A DNA stretch of 64,000 nt, taken from positions 66,774,001 to 66,838,000 of the forward strand of contig NC_043006.1 of the NCBI RefSeq assembly GCF_006345805.1, written 5' to 3'. A program made the position numbers and the translations under genes. Below the pieces are notes generated by a model. That model saw only the letters and a program-made list of their open reading frames with translations. It did not search any database and was not told where the DNA came from. Numbering within the stretch: the first letter of the stretch is position 1; every line of letters begins with the position of its first letter. Of the stretch, positions 1 to 15,989 are shown piece by piece. This stretch comes from Octopus sinensis. Its lineage: Eukaryota.

Positions 1-546
1 GTTCATAAGTCCGAAACAAAGGGTTTTTTTTTCTAGCAGTAGTATTTTCCTGTAGTGATTGGATATGGTTGGTCAGGAAGTCCTTGTTGGTTTCACACCT
101 ATCATTGCTCTTCTTAGTAATATAGGCGACTAAGCAGATCCGCTGAAGTGTGGCACATGACCTCTTAACTCCATCTGTAAATGCCCACACGCGTGTGTGC
201 GTGTGCATATGCATGTGTGTATGGGTGCGTGTAATCTGAATTCAGAAACATTGACTAGAATCAAGGCGAGAATATATGTCCGCAGTCTAATAACTGAAGC
301 AGGTAAAATATGAATTCTTTTGTTATTTTGTTCTTATACTTGTTTCAGTCATTTGACTGCGGTCATGCTGGAGCACCGCCCTTTAGTCGAAGAAATCAAC
401 CCCGGGACTTATTCTTTGTTAGCCTAGTACTTATTCTATCGGTATCTTTTGCCGAACCGCTAAGTTACGGGGACGTAAACACATCAACATCAGTTGTCAA
501 GCAATGGTAGGGGGAGAAGCGCCGACACAAATACATATAAGCATAC

Positions 547-588
<42 letters not shown>

Positions 589-1324
589 TTATATATACTT
601 ACACACACACACAATTCGAACTTCTTTCAGTTTCCCTCTACCAAATTAATTCACAAGGCTTTGGTCGGCCCGAGTCTATAGCAGAAGACACTTGCGCAAG
701 GTCCAACGCAGTGGAACTGAACCCGGAAACATAAGGATGAGAAGTAAGCTTCTTGCCTCACAGCCGCTCCTGTGACTATATGTATATTTACCTAGAGTTA
801 GCATTTAAACCCGCTCAAAGGTGGATGTACTGTTAGAACAAACTATACTGCCGCATTTACCATGAGACACCCTCTGATACAGACTTTTGATACAAAATGC
901 ACGCTTATTTGTTTATATCCCCAGCAGGAAGATAACTCTTGGTATTACTACTGCCTCTGTCGTTAACATAATTTATATATATACATATATATATATTCCT
1001 ATGATGCAAATCTCATGACTTTAGGTCTATGGCGAGAAACAAATAACAATTACCAAAGCAAAACCTGCTTCATCTCATTTACCCATCCATCATAACATTA
1101 ATGACATCCCCCATCATCATCATTGGCGTTATTGTAATCGCCTCCATCTTTACTTACACCTACATCAAACAGATAATTAGAACCATTAGTAACCATTACT
1201 AATAGATCAACAGTATTAATTATCCTATTATAAGACTAATACATTAACCACAATATTAATATCATTGTTTAAATAGTATCATTATACTAGGATTATCATA
1301 ATTGTTTTATTATTATTATTATTA

Positions 1325-1361
<37 letters not shown>

Positions 1362-1517
1362 ATTATTGTTGTTGTTGTTGTTGTTGCTGTTGTTGTCTTT
1401 GCACATCTTCTAACGCTGGAGATGTACTACAGTGTCAGCTTTTCACTACCAGTGAACTACGGTAACACCTTTTATTTTTCGAGCACCTTCCGGAGTATTC
1501 GAGCGGTTCCAGGCGGT

Positions 1518-1604
1518 AATTTTACACTGGTGGGTGACCATAGCTGTGAGCAGTAATCCAGGCGGCTGAGGACGAATGTCCGCCAGAGGACCATCATGGT
1601 TTCC
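1518..1604 (-). mobile_element. CR1-type LINE short fragment
   Basis: Translates ETMMVLWRTFVLSRLDYCSQLWSPTSVKL. Confidence 0.7.
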
Positions 1605-1636
<32 letters not shown>

Positions 1637-1721
1637 ATATCTATAATATATATATATTATTATATATATATATATTATATATTATATATATATTCTCTCC
1701 CTGTTTATTTCATCGTGGTTA

Positions 1722-1755
1722 TTTCTGGTGAAGAGCGTAGCCTCGAAACGTAAAA
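1722..1755 (+). ncRNA. Family I hammerhead-like motif, degenerate copy
   Basis: TTT-CTGGTGA-A-GAGC-GTAG-CCTC-GAAA-CG-TA-AAA. Confidence 0.5.
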
Positions 1756-2427
1756 CACTTTCTCACCTTGACGAGCGTGAAAGTAATACACCTGCTTGTT
1801 GTTTATACACCTGTATTCGTCTTTTGTTTTTCTGTAAATTTCAACTATATATTGTACGCTCAAATATTCCCACCAGTTTTATCTTGCTTTAACCTTTTAC
1901 GCATCGGACTTACTACCACCTGAACTTCCTACACCTCTCCTCACTTACATACCAGCATTCCACCGGGATTACTAATGGATATATATATTTATATATACGT
2001 ATAGGTACATATATGTATGTCTCTATATTCATGAATATATATGTTTATGTATGCATACTTACAAACACATGTACAGACGTATATGTATGAGCAATAAAAT
2101 TTAGCTCCCTAATGAGCAGAGCAAATACAATTAATTTAATATAACAATCTGTATGACCCTAAAATATTTTTCAATTTCATTTCTACTATCTCATTTCCTG
2201 TCGAATTTAACCATTACAGAACTTAATAGTTGTAACTTATAACGGCTTTCGTACATTGTACTGACATCCTATATAGATTCCCGTTTACTAGGTTATGAAT
2301 ATGATGAATATGTTTATAACTGGACACAAAGTAGATGAGACATCGAAACGAACATCGTGCGAACAATTTTATACGCATCTATCTTTCTCTCTTTCTCTCT
2401 CTCTATCGATCAATCTATCTACCTAGC

Positions 2428-2464
<37 letters not shown>

Positions 2465-2492
2465 ATATATATAATATAATATATATATATAT

Positions 2493-2554
<62 letters not shown>

Positions 2555-2941
2555 ATAATAAATATTAGGGAATAAATCCAAATTTACAGGGAAAAAATCA
2601 GATTTAGGATTAAATCGATTTTATAGTAAAATATTATAAAATATTATTCGAGACAAAACCACTATTTTGCAAAACAAACAAGGAAATACTTAATCAATAC
2701 ATAAATTTTAATAAATAGTCTGACTATTATTAAATTTATGTATTGATTAAGTATTTCCTTGTTTGTTTTGCAAAATAGTGGTTTTGTCTCGAATAATATT
2801 TATATATATATATATATATATATACATATATATGTATATTCATTATCTATATATTATATATATATATATGAACACACGCTATGCGTCTACATTCATATAT
2901 ATATATATTTCATATTTTATATATGTGTGTGAGTGTGCGTT

Positions 2942-2981
<40 letters not shown>

Positions 2982-3364
2982 TGTGTATATTATATAAATA
3001 TATGTATTTATGTAGTACAGATAGATCAATAGATAGATACGTATATGTTATATATATATATATCACGTGATCACGTGACCGACCAGACCATCAGATGTTG
3101 TTACACATCGCTGGTCACAATGCGTTCGCATTGTTTTAGCCTTCGAATGACACCACCCCGCTGGCTAAGCGAGCAGGCCAAGAGAAGAAAGAGTGGGAGA
3201 AAGAGTGGTGAAAGAGTACAGCAGGAATCACCACCCCCTGCTGGAGCCTCGGGTAGCTTTTAGGCGTTTTCGCTCAATAAACACTCACAACGCCCGGTCT
3301 GGGAATCGAAACCGCGATCCTGCGACCGCAAGTCCGCTGCCCTAACCACTAGGCCATTGCGCCT

Positions 3365-3403
<39 letters not shown>

Positions 3404-3459
3404 ATATATATACATATATATATTTATATATGTACATATGTATGTATATATGTATACAC

Positions 3460-3492
<33 letters not shown>

Positions 3493-3498
3493 CATACA

Positions 3499-3529
<31 letters not shown>

Positions 3530-4419
3530 CATACATACATACATACATACATACATACATACATACATACATACATACATAAACACACACACACACACAT
3601 TCATAACTTTGAATGCAAACACTATATTTCAATACGTTAAAAGTGCTGAAAAAGTTGTGTGTGAAAGAGAAACGTATTTAAAAGAGCTTAACGATTTGTT
3701 TAACGCTTCTTGTAGGAGACACTCACTTTCATTCTATAGTTCATAGCTTAGGATATTCACCTGTGACATAAACATTGTGACTTTATGATTAAACTATCAT
3801 AATAGTGTATAGTTTAAGTTACATCATTGTGCTTTGAACATCTGATCAGTTCTTAAGAAATCTACATATTATTCGCAACACACCGTGAATCAAAAGTGGT
3901 GAATAATCGTGGCACTCCGTCGGTTACGACGACGAGGGTTCCAGTTGATCCGATCAACAGCCTACTGGTGACGTTAACGTGCAAGTGGCTGAGCACTCCA
4001 CAGACACATGTTACCGTTAACGTAGTTCTCGAGGAGATTCAGCGTGACACAGAGTGTGACAAGGCTGGCATCTTTGAAATACAGGTACAACGGAAACAAG
4101 AAGAAAAAGAAACAGTTGTGGTGAAAGAGTACTGTAGGGTTTACCTCGTGGAGCTTTAGGTGTTTTCGCTCAATAGGTGAATAATACTTGATAGCAGAAA
4201 CATTAGTTTCTCTCTCCAGCTCTCTCTCTCCCTCTCTCCCTCTCCCTCTCTTCTTCTCACCATCCTCCTCCTCCTCCTCCTCCTCTTCCTCTTCTTCTTC
4301 TTCTTCTTCTTCTTCTTCTTCTTCTTCTTCTTCTTCTTCTTCTTCTTCTTCACATTCAGTTCTTCTTTCAATCAATCTGTCCACAGCTTTAGATTATTAA
4401 TGCGTTGCTTACGATCATG

Positions 4420-4800
4420 AGTGTTTGATAATAACCGGAAGCGACCGAAATGAGATTCTTTCGTAGGGGCTCTGCAGTACTGCAACTGTACTGGTTGCAT
4501 AGCTCGCAGATGAAGGAGTCTCTTCAGGTCGAACCGCTACTTCTCCCAACTGAGAAATCACAATATGGACATGGGATTAGAACGTTACAGGCAAGAATTG
4601 CAAGGCGGATTCTTAAAGCCAAGCTGACCAGCAGGAGGTCTTGGGGTAGATGAGATGGTGGATAATATGCATTGTCTTAGTAGGTCACACATATGGTCCA
4701 CTCGAGAAGTTTCATGACTGCCGCTTCTTATTTGAAACTATAAAGGAGATGCCACGGGAGATTCTAGTCTAACGACCGAGAATAGAACTATGGCTAGACC
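4420..4800 (+). mobile_element. RTE-clade LINE 3' fragment, different subfamily
   Basis: ATEMRFFRR and ESLQVEPLLL..EKSQ, with degenerate GH..R and RR.WGR. Confidence 0.7.
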
Positions 4801-6921
4801 AACTACGAAATGGCATGGGTGGATAATTACTTTCGTTATTGTCCACAGGTAGAGCTAAACATAGAGGGGACAAAGAAGGACAGACAAAGGGATTAAGTCG
4901 ATTAGATCGACCCCAGTTTGTAACTGGTATTTATTTAATCGACCCCGAAAGGATGAAAGGCAAAGTCCGGCGTACTAACGATTCTTTTCTACTCTAGGTA
5001 CAAGGTCCGAAATGTTTGGGAAGAGGCCAGTCGATTAGATCGACCCCATTAAGCAACTGGTACTTAATTTATCGAACCCGAAAGAATGAAAAGCAAAGTC
5101 GACCTCGCCTCGGCGGAATTTGAACCCAGAACGTAAAGACAGACAAAATACCACTAAACATTTCGCCCGGCGTGCTAACGATTCTGCCAGCTCCATAGTT
5201 CTCTGTTGGTCAACCATGAGGTCCAAGCAGAAAGTTTAATGACTATTACTTTTTATATGACGCAATGAAGGATATGACTTAGGAGATTCTAGCCCTACGA
5301 CTGACAGGAGAGCTATGGGTCAGCCAACGGGAAGGTGCAAAATTAATATTCATGGTCCCTGATGGTCCTTACGCTTGACAACCTAGTAGACAACCTAGTA
5401 GATTAACGATTTTGCAAAAGACACCGATAGATCGAGTACCGGGCTTTAAAAAATTTAAGCATGGCGTCGAGCTGGCAGAAACGTTAGCACGCTAGGCGAA
5501 ATGCTTAACGGTATTTCGTCTGTCTTTATGTTCTGAGTTCAAATTCCGCCGAGTTCGACTTTGCCTTTCATCCCTACGGGGTCGAGAAATTAAGTACCTG
5601 CTGCGTACTGGGGCCGATCTAATCGACTGGATCCGTCCACCAAAATTTCGGGCCTAGAGCAGAAAAGTATAAAAAATTAAGTACTCGGGTGCAATTTTCC
5701 GGCTAAAAATTCTCCAAGGCCTCTCCTCTCCGTGGCCGCAATCCAATGATTTTAATATGTAAAAGATAAAAGGTACAGGCCAATAACCCTAATTCATGCA
5801 ACTCCCATTGGAAAATTTAATACCCCATTGTCCAAAATAGTGAGTCATTACATCTGGTTGAGCTATTACATCTGGTTCAACTCTCCGTTAAAGAGATTAA
5901 TTGAGCAGTGTCGAAAACAGAAAATTACCATGTTTCGATTTTGTATTATGATAACAATTAACTCTATGAATGCAAACAATTATAAGTGAATGGTTAAGAT
6001 TATTATAACAGAAATGGTAAAATATATTGGAAAGCAAAGATTTGAAAAATATGATATAGATTGAGGTCGAGATATAAGCTTATAGCAATGAGATATCTTT
6101 AAATCTAAAAAATACACACGTTCATGTACATATACACAGAGATACGCGCACAGATGCACATACACACATACACACATACACACATACGCACAAACACAAA
6201 CGCAAACACACACACGCAGAGATATAATTTGATTACGGTTATGCACACCTCAAACACACCATAACACCATATAAGTTCGTGTGTTTATTGGTGTATATAT
6301 ATATATATATATATTATATACACACACACACACATATAATATATATATATATACATATCTATACATATACTTGTATGTATATATATATATATATATATAC
6401 ATATATGAGTGTGTGTGTGTGTGTGTGTGTGTTTGTGTGTGTGTGAGAGTGCGTGTGCGTGTGTGTGAGTGTGTGTACAGGTATATGAATATATATACAC
6501 ACAAATATAGATACATCTTCATATACATATATAAATATATATGTATGTATATATGTATATATATATGTATATATAATAATAATGAACTTATTATTTATAC
6601 ATATATATGTATATATATCTATATATATATATATATTACGACGACAGTAATGATGATGATGATGATGATGAGGAGGAGGAGGAGGAGGAGAAGGAAGTGA
6701 AGGGGAGGATAGAAACACTTGTCCGGACACATATATACATATACACAGGTTAATAAACAAGTTCCTATAAAATGTGTATGTTAGACAGTGCGTGTTGAAA
6801 GCCATAGAAACATCGAGAAGATTCCAAACTGCAAGTGACAATATAATTTAAGAGTAGACCCAGGGGGTGTATAATTGCAGGGACTAGAGTTTTTGTGACA
6901 GGAGATAGGTAGATAGAAAAA

Positions 6922-6999
<78 letters not shown>

Positions 7000-7343
7000 T
7001 GATAGATAGATGGAGAGGCAGACAGACAGACGGGTAAAGGAAGAGAAGAGAAAGAAAGCAGGGTGAAAGAGAGGGATCGTTGAGGTTTGAACAGAAATTA
7101 CCTTGTCTCGTTTAATGATGGCATTGGGGGGTAATAGGGGGAAAGGATGAATAAGGGAGAGTTGAAGGGGAAGTGGAAGAGGGGGTGATAGTGGAGAGGC
7201 AAAAATAAGTACTTGCGCAGATACTCATATGTATATATATTAATGTAAATAAGTGCATATATACACATCTGTTTGCGTGTGTGTGTGTGTTTGTGTTTGT
7301 GTGTGTGTGTGTGCATGTGTGAGTGTGTGTGTGTGTGTGTGTG

Positions 7344-8526
7344 TCAGGTTGAGTAAAAACGAAGCACTGTTTTTATCCATGAAGAATTTGCACCGGACTT
7401 TTGCAGAGCTTTGACTTTTTCTAACCATTTTTTAAAAAATTGTCTAATAATACAGACATAGAATTCCCCAAATGCATCAATAAATTAACATTGATATTTT
7501 TTTAACCGTTATTACTATCATCTGAAACGTAACTGTCAAAGCTCGATATTCGAGCTAGTTTGCTATTCAACTTCAAAAGAGAACGTAAAACAGTTGAAAC
7601 TGCACGCAGTATCAACGAAACGTTTGGAGAGAAAATAACCAGTGAGTGGTCAGCTCAAAAATGGTTTAAACGATTTCGTAGTGGAGACCTGAGCCTTGAA
7701 GATAGTGAGCGTATTGGACGCCTATCTGTCATCGATGACGGTTAAAAAACGACGATCATTGGGAAAGAACCGCGCAAAACCACTCGAGAACTGGCACAAA
7801 AGAACTTTAAGTTAGCTAGAAAACTGCCTGCAACTATTTGCATGCGATCGAAAAATTAAAAAAAAAAAGCTCAACAAATGGGTACCACACAATTGAAATG
7901 AAAATCAGAAAATGCGCAGATATGGAATTTGTTCGTCGCTTCTTCTCCGCAACCATATCGGTCCATTTCTCGACCCTACTGTAACTTGCGATGAAAAATG
8001 GATTCTGTATAATAATGGAAAACGTTCTTCGCCTGGTTGGACCAAATGAAGCACCGGAAATCTGTCTGGTGATGCACTGCTTCTTGAAAACTGGAAAACA
8101 ACATTACTGCAGAAACATTGCCGTGAATTTGCAAAAATGAACGAAAAACTGCTACCCTCCGTTCCAAACTGGTCAACAGAAGAGGACCAATCAACCTTCA
8201 TGACAATGCTTGACCACACGTTTCACTAATGGCGCTTAGAAGTTGAGGAAACTTAGCTACGAAGTTCTTCTCCACCTAGCTTATTCCCCAGATCTTTCTT
8301 CTTTTGGCTGCCACACTTTCAAGCACTTTGAGGTTAAAAAATCAAACCAATGCTGAAAGTGCGTTCAAAGAGTTCACCAGATCCAGAACTCCACAATTTT
8401 ATGTTGCCGGAATAACAAACTTGTAATACGTTGGCAAAAATGTGGTGATTGTAATTTCCGCATTGTTGAAATATATTGTGATGAATTTCATGTTTCAAAA
8501 CGTTGCTTACTTTTAACTTAGCCTGA
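7344..8526 (+). mobile_element. Mariner element, degenerate
   Basis: HTH with KWFKRFRSGDLSLED, plus KWVPH, TCDEKWILY, LHDNA and SPDL remnants across frameshifts. Diverged TIRs start TCAGG. Confidence 0.85.
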
Positions 8527-8615
8527 TATATATATATAGGGAGAGTTTACGAAACAAACAAAAGACGAAGACACGTCGTGTACAAAACAAACAGATGTAT
8601 TAGTATAACGCTCAG

Positions 8616-8654
<39 letters not shown>

Positions 8655-9115
8655 AATGTATGTATGTATGTATACATATGTATATGTATGTATGTATACA
8701 CACACACACAAATGTCGGTGAAGAAGGCAGTGTCTAAAACTTAGATATGAATATCTTTTATTTGTATGGATTACAATACCCTTGAAACGGCCGCTGGAGT
8801 ATCACCACTTAATTATTGAAATTGGAGTACCTTCATTTAATCATAGGAAATTTTACTTTATATGTGGACGCTTAAATATTTCTTTATTCACCTGTTCGCG
8901 AGGATTTATACGATTATTTTTTAATATTTAACAAAATATCTTCTTAACAACGCTCTTAATCCGTAAGTAGTACGATGTCTTCAATATATACCGTTTAAGT
9001 TGCTGCTATATTTTTATACATCAATATAGTTTTTCTACCCATGTATGTCTATTCTCTTACATTTTAAGATATTTATATATCTGTAATTTTTAAAAATATT
9101 TTTCAATATTTTAAA

Positions 9116-9452
9116 TCTCTCTATATATAAACGGCAAAATGTCTGTCTGTGTGTGTGCATCCTTTATAAAAATCCGCAATTTTTCAGTTAGAGGGCTCGC
9201 ACTTTCTATGGTCATTTACAACCGTCTAAGGGTGGTCGTGCAATCTTTACATTTCCTCAGTCACCCCGAAAAGCCATTAAAAGATCAATAGAAGTGACTT
9301 TTTTGTGAATTTTCTATCCAAAACCCAATCAAAATGCCCGAAACTTGATATGCCAATTGAATGTAATTAGTTGGAGATTTGCACACTACTCGTGTGTATG
9401 TGCGCACGCACGCAGCTGTATATGCATGCACTAGCACTATGACATTCACTAG
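9116..9452 (+). mobile_element. Helitron-like element (clear 5' end, uncertain 3' end)
   Basis: A|TCTCTCTATATATAAACGGCAAAATGTCTGTCTG resembles the 5' end at 25791. A CTAG|T occurs at 9449-9453 with no clear hairpin. Confidence 0.5.
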
Positions 9453-9586
9453 TACAACACCAAAAAAACCCAAATATATGGCACACTAGGCATAACAACA
9501 ACCTGAACTTCCAACCTGTTGTCTCTTGAGGTCTCTGGGTGAGACTTGGAGCCAACTTGTACAGACATAAAGCAAAAGTCAAACAT
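9451..9586 (+). mobile_element. Dong/R4 3' UTR copy (a shorter one lies at 9851-9892)
   Basis: Homologous to 21237-21374, ends in ...GCAAAAGTCAAACAT followed by (AAT)n. Confidence 0.7.
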
Positions 9587-10275
<689 letters not shown>

Positions 10276-10959
10276 CAACACCAACAACAACATCGAAAAA
10301 TACCTTAGCAATGAGAACCCAGGTTTCGAAATATCCCCACAACACCAAGTCCCATAACTGCTTTAATTTTCTTGATAATACAATTTCCATTAACCAACCC
10401 ATATAGAGCCTCCAAATTTCTGTCTCTCTCCTCTCCTTTCCTTTCACGAACACATTCCCTATTTCCGATTCTTCCATTTACGTTGCCACTGTAGAGATAT
10501 CCGTGAACTTTTGTCGGGGCCCGAGTCTTGAAGTTTACTGTCATTACGTGCAGTAACGTGACTATTAAACTTAATGTTAAGATCATTTGGGTAATGTTGT
10601 TGGTATATTTTCCACGTTGTACCGATGATTGGTTTAGCCCTCACGGCGGAGTTGGCTCTAAAGCGCCTTGATACTGACCGAATCGCTATCGTGTCGCACA
10701 AAATACTTACCAGCATTTCCCCCGGTTCTTTACGTTCTGAGTTCAAATGCTACTGAGGTTGACTCCGAGCATTGGGGTCGATGTAATCGACTAAACAACG
10801 CCTCACCGCGAATTTCAGGCCTTGCGCCTAAAGTTTTGTTTCGTATGAAGATGTCACAGAAGACAACACCATTCCGACCGCGACCGTTTGATGGAAGAAG
10901 AAAGTATGAAACAACTAGCTCCCGGGGCCAGAACGTTCTGAGAATCCAATTTTGTTAAC

Positions 10960-11960
10960 GATGTGGCCATTCCAACTAAGTTTTTCGTCATCAGTTATAT
11001 CTTACGTTTCTGATATTGTTCGTTGCTATCAGCGCCTCAGCTTCAGGAAGTGAACACGCTCGTTATAACACATCATTTTTTTTTTATTTCAATGTGCAGC
11101 AATTCACATTTTCCGTAGATTAGCAAAATTTCTTATTTTCCGGCCATTGTTTCACAACATTTAGATCTGACCGGATAGTCATGTAGTCACCTTCTTCATT
11201 TATAATTTTATGGAACATCGTGCCATAAGCGAATATTTTTATTCAGCTGTGCCTGATGACATTTTTTAGGTCATTTACATATACGTTTCGAAGATGAATG
11301 GACTCTACTTGGTCCCTTTGAGACCTCAATAATAATTTTACTGGGCTTTTAAAGATTCCGTTGATTACAATACTTTGGGATATGCTTACCAAAAATTCCT
11401 AATGTAGTACAGTAGATTCCCACTGACTCCAGTGTTGGGCAGTTTTAACAACCAGAATATTGGTTTTGAGTTTTGGCCCCAGGCCATCAATCTAGGGAAC
11501 GGTCTTGACTGAATTAGAACTCAGAACGTAAAGACGAACGAAATGCCGCTAAGCATTTTGTCCGGTGCGGTAATGCTTGTTTTGGCAACCATAATATTGT
11601 GTCGATTCAACAACGTGTGGTCGCATCGAAAGCTATGCAGGATGAGATGCAGGAGATTGTTACTCCCCAAGAAGTTCGTTATTCTTGATGGTACCACTCT
11701 TTCAAATACTGTGATGATTTGATTGATGGCATTGGGTGATATTTATCTGCAAATGGCCTGTCTCTGTTTTTTGAAGAAGGGTTTCACCGATTGAGATCGG
11801 AAGCAATTTAGCGTAGAGAATGCGTCCAGCGATTTCCACAAGAAATTAGAGGGAACGCATGATTTAGTGTTAGAACTATTTCAGGATGCAAGCAGGGAAA
11901 CTGCCAAGATTGATTGGCGAAAAAATATTAGTATAATGGTGTAATGGCATCGAGGCTGAC
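10960..11960 (-). mobile_element. CR1-type LINE RT region, old, interrupted by a SINE at 11478-11580
   Basis: Remnants VFERVV..RITNFL.SNNLL and YVNDLKNVIRHS*IKIFAYG (degenerate FADD), and SDLNVVKQW. Confidence 0.7.
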
Positions 11961-12063
11961 AGAAGAAATGTTAAAGATGATGTGTTTGGGGATTTAATTT
12001 GATGATACTAATTTACCCCTTAGAGAGAACACCGGAGCAATGGTTGACGGAGCAGACCTATGT

Positions 12064-12098
<35 letters not shown>

Positions 12099-12456
12099 GT
12101 TTATATATATATATATATATATATATAAATACATATGTGTGTGTGTGTGTATGTATTCTTTTATTTGGTTTCAGTCATTTGATTACGGCCATGCTGGAGT
12201 ACCGACTTTAGTCGAGTAAATCGAACCCAGGACTTAGTCTTTGAAAGCCCAGTACTTATTCTATCGGTTTCTCTTACCGAACCGTTAAGTTACGGGGACG
12301 TAAACACACCACCATCGGTTGTCAAGCGATGAGGTAAGAAAACTCCGAATGACCCGTCCGTGTTTTCTTTGTATTCTCTATCTGGATGTCTTTTTGTTCC
12401 TTTTTTGTATCACCTAACTGTCTGGATGTTTTGCGTTCTTGTACCATTTTGTATTG

Positions 12457-12493
<37 letters not shown>

Positions 12494-13240
12494 ATGTGTG
12501 TGTGTGTGCGCGTGTGTGTGTGTGTGTATGCGTGTGTGTGTGTGTGTGTGTGTGTAAGGCGGCGAGCTGGCAGAAACAGTAGCACACCGGGCGCAATGCT
12601 TAGCGGTCTTTCGTCTGCCGCTACGTTTTGAGTTCAAATTCCGCCGAGGTCGACTTTGCCTTTCATCCTTTCGAGGTCGATTAAATAAGTACCAGTTACG
12701 CACTGGGATCGATATAATCGACTTAATCCGTTTGTCTGTCTTTGTTTGTCTTCTCTGTGCTTAGCCCCTTGTGGGTAGTAAAGAAATAGGTATTTCGTCT
12801 GCAGTTACGTTGTGAGATCAAATTCCGCCGAAGTTGACTTTGCTTTCCATCCTTACCGGGTCGATAAATTAAGTACCAGTTGCGTACCGAGGTTGATCTA
12901 ATCAACTGACCCCGTCCCCAAAGTTCCAGGCCTTCTACCAAGAGCGTAAAAGAAAACATATATGTGTGTGTGTGTGTATATACATGCATGCATGTATATA
13001 CCTTTGTGTATCTGTGAACGTCGCCCGTCACCACCTGACAACCAGTGCTAGCGTGTTTGCGTCGTTCTAACGTAGCGGTTCCGGAAAAAGAATCCGATAA
13101 AATAAGCAGAAAAGGTAAGCCCTGGGGTCGGTTTGTTCCGCTAAAATCCTCGTACGGTGGTGCTTCAGCATGACCCCAGACAAATAATTCATTCAAGTAA
13201 AAGACTAAAAGTATATATATATATATATATATAATATTTA

Positions 13241-13281
<41 letters not shown>

Positions 13282-14075
13282 AATACATATACATATATAT
13301 ATACACACCACATACCAATGTAAAGTAATACATCCTTCCCATTTCTGAAACTCCCATAGACATATAGGCACACAGTGCACGTACGCAAACACACACACAT
13401 TCACGCACACACACATATTATATGTATATATGTATATATATATATAAATACATATAATATTATATAATAATATATATATATAATATATATATATTATATA
13501 ATATATAGCACAGGAGAAATTAAGAAACATCTGCGGTAATTTGTCTTGCGGGATAAGTCATTCTCATATTTACGTCTCACATCATCAGCTACTGTTGGAC
13601 TAAAAAGCGCTATACATACTAATTCAGCTATGTATTTTCATATGTAGTGACCAAGAACAAACAGGTAAACCTATTTATTTTATAGGTCGGAGAGAAATAA
13701 TTACTCTCCGCGGAATATACTGAGGAAAATTTCTATACAGAAATGTAGTTCGCTAGCTGAAATAGCCTGTAGCTTTATATAGGAGAGACGTGCATCTCGG
13801 TAAAATGCAAAATCCTACTTTGTCTATGCGAGATTTTTATTTGATGTCAATTAGCAACAAGTAGCTGGTAGACAGAAATTTAGAATTTACAAAACAAAAA
13901 ATAAAATAAATAAATAAATGAAAGAAACAAAGAACCAGAAAAAAATAGAAGAATGAATATTAATAGGAAATGTTTACAAGACACCTTGCCGGACTTCTAG
14001 CTGTTTCGGAAAAAAATTCACCCTTTCAGCCGCCGTTACTTCAATCACAAATAGTCCATATATAGAAGTTAGGGT

Positions 14076-14123
<48 letters not shown>

Positions 14124-14592
14124 TATATATAGATAGATGGATAGATAAGGGCAAACGAAAAAAAATTACTCGTTTGCCCTTATTTATAAGTTGTTTATAA
14201 TTTAATCTTTAATGTTATTTTTTAATATGCTGGCCATTGATAAAATTTTTTTTCGAATAAATTTTTATCCTATATTATATATATATATATCCATATATAT
14301 ATATGTGTGTGTGTGTGTATGTGTGTGGAGGCTGGTTAGGGCTGCGGACTCGCAGTAGTAGGATCGCGGTTCGATTCCCAAACCGGGCGTTGTGTGTGAA
14401 AACACCTAAAAAGCTCCACGAGGCTCCGGCAGGGGTGGTGATCCCTGCTGTACTCTTTCACCACTCCTCCTCTCACTCTTTCTTCTGTTGGCCTGCTCGC
14501 TTAGCCAGCGGGTGTGGCGTTATTCGAAGGCTAAAACAATGCTAAAGATGTAGCAACATCTGATGGTCTGGTCAGTCGCGTGATCACGTGAT

Positions 14593-14642
<50 letters not shown>

Positions 14643-15188
14643 TCCTGGCTTTGGGTCAAAGAAAATACATTAGAGTCAGTTAAGTAGAATTTTATTCAAC
14701 ATATTCGCCTCTCAGTTTCACAGAATTATTAGATAGGTCATCGGTTCATCAGTTCTCCACCCAGGCCTTTCTCGACACCGTTAATGCCAGACACTTTCAC
14801 TATTAACTCATACATATGTTCCTATATTTCGGAATCATCATTTTTTTTTATTTTGGCCGAATAAACTCACGCAATATATATTCGTTCATCACTTGAAAGT
14901 TATTATTATTTTTAGTTAAGTGTCCTTTGTCGATTGTTCTTTGTTTATTGTCCTTTGTCTGAAAACGTATGTCACATTCCTGAATGTGGGAGGAGAAATA
15001 TGGGAGGAAGAGAGTGGTTGAAATGATTACAGGATGTGTGAGGAAAAATTTCAAAGAAGCTGATTCGATGGCTAAATATATATGAGGATGTGTAGATATA
15101 TAGCTATATGCATGAGAATATGTTACGTAAATCATAGAAATCTGCACATATATACATACATGCGTACATACATAAATATATAAGTACA

Positions 15189-15224
<36 letters not shown>

Positions 15225-15237
15225 CATGCAAACAATC

Positions 15238-15344
15238 AAAAATACTCTGTTGATGTTGAAATTCCAATGAAGGAAACTAAGATCTAGGTTAGAAACCGGT
15301 TCTTTCTCTATTGGCAAGAAATCTTGAGATAAACTGAATAATGA
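15238..15344 (+). repeat. ~107-bp interspersed repeat (family O) embedded in (ATAC)n; second copy at 35198-35305(-)
   Basis: Shared AATACTCTG..GATGTT..AATTCCAATGAAGG..GATCTAGGTTAGAAACC..CAAGAAATCTTGA..CTGAATAATGA. Confidence 0.75.
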
Positions 15345-15575
15345 TTTATATACATTCATAAATTCATGCATACGTACATTCCTACTTACATACACATACG
15401 CATCCATATATACATTCATACATACATACATACATACATTCATACATACTTTCAAACATACATACATACATACATTCATACCTACATACAATCATACATA
15501 CATAAATTCATACATACATGCATACATTCATACATAGATTTATACATACATAACATACATACATACATACATACA

Positions 15576-15608
<33 letters not shown>

Positions 15609-15733
15609 TCTGCCTTTCAGTCCCCGAGCTGTAGCTATTTTATCAGAAACCCACCAATTGACGCGCTCTGTTCTATGTTCTGAAGACACCTTTCAGAAAC
15701 AGCGACATACACACATGTGAACACACACACACA

Positions 15734-15771
<38 letters not shown>

Positions 15772-15951
15772 ACACACACACACACAAAGACATACAAACC
15801 TACACGCATACAGACCCCCAGAAAATTAGACACATGTAGATCAACTGCTAGAAATTAGTGGCAACTAAATTAAGTTCCCATTGCTGGGGCGTTTAGCGTC
15901 TAAGAAAAAGAAAACTTGAATTATTAATGGTTCTGTAAATTACTACTACTA

Positions 15952-15989
<38 letters not shown>

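Noticed and set aside
2330-2356. TAGATGA-GACATC-GAAACG
   Set aside because: Core mismatch, no UH triplet, no stem I.
14700-14760. CTGATGA on the minus strand (14746-14752) with a downstream GAAA
   Set aside because: It lies inside a mariner-derived MITE, and stems I and III cannot form.
15260-15306. GAAACCGGTT in family O as a hammerhead
   Set aside because: The upstream core CCAATGA has two changes at invariant positions, and the second copy reads GAAACCGCTT.
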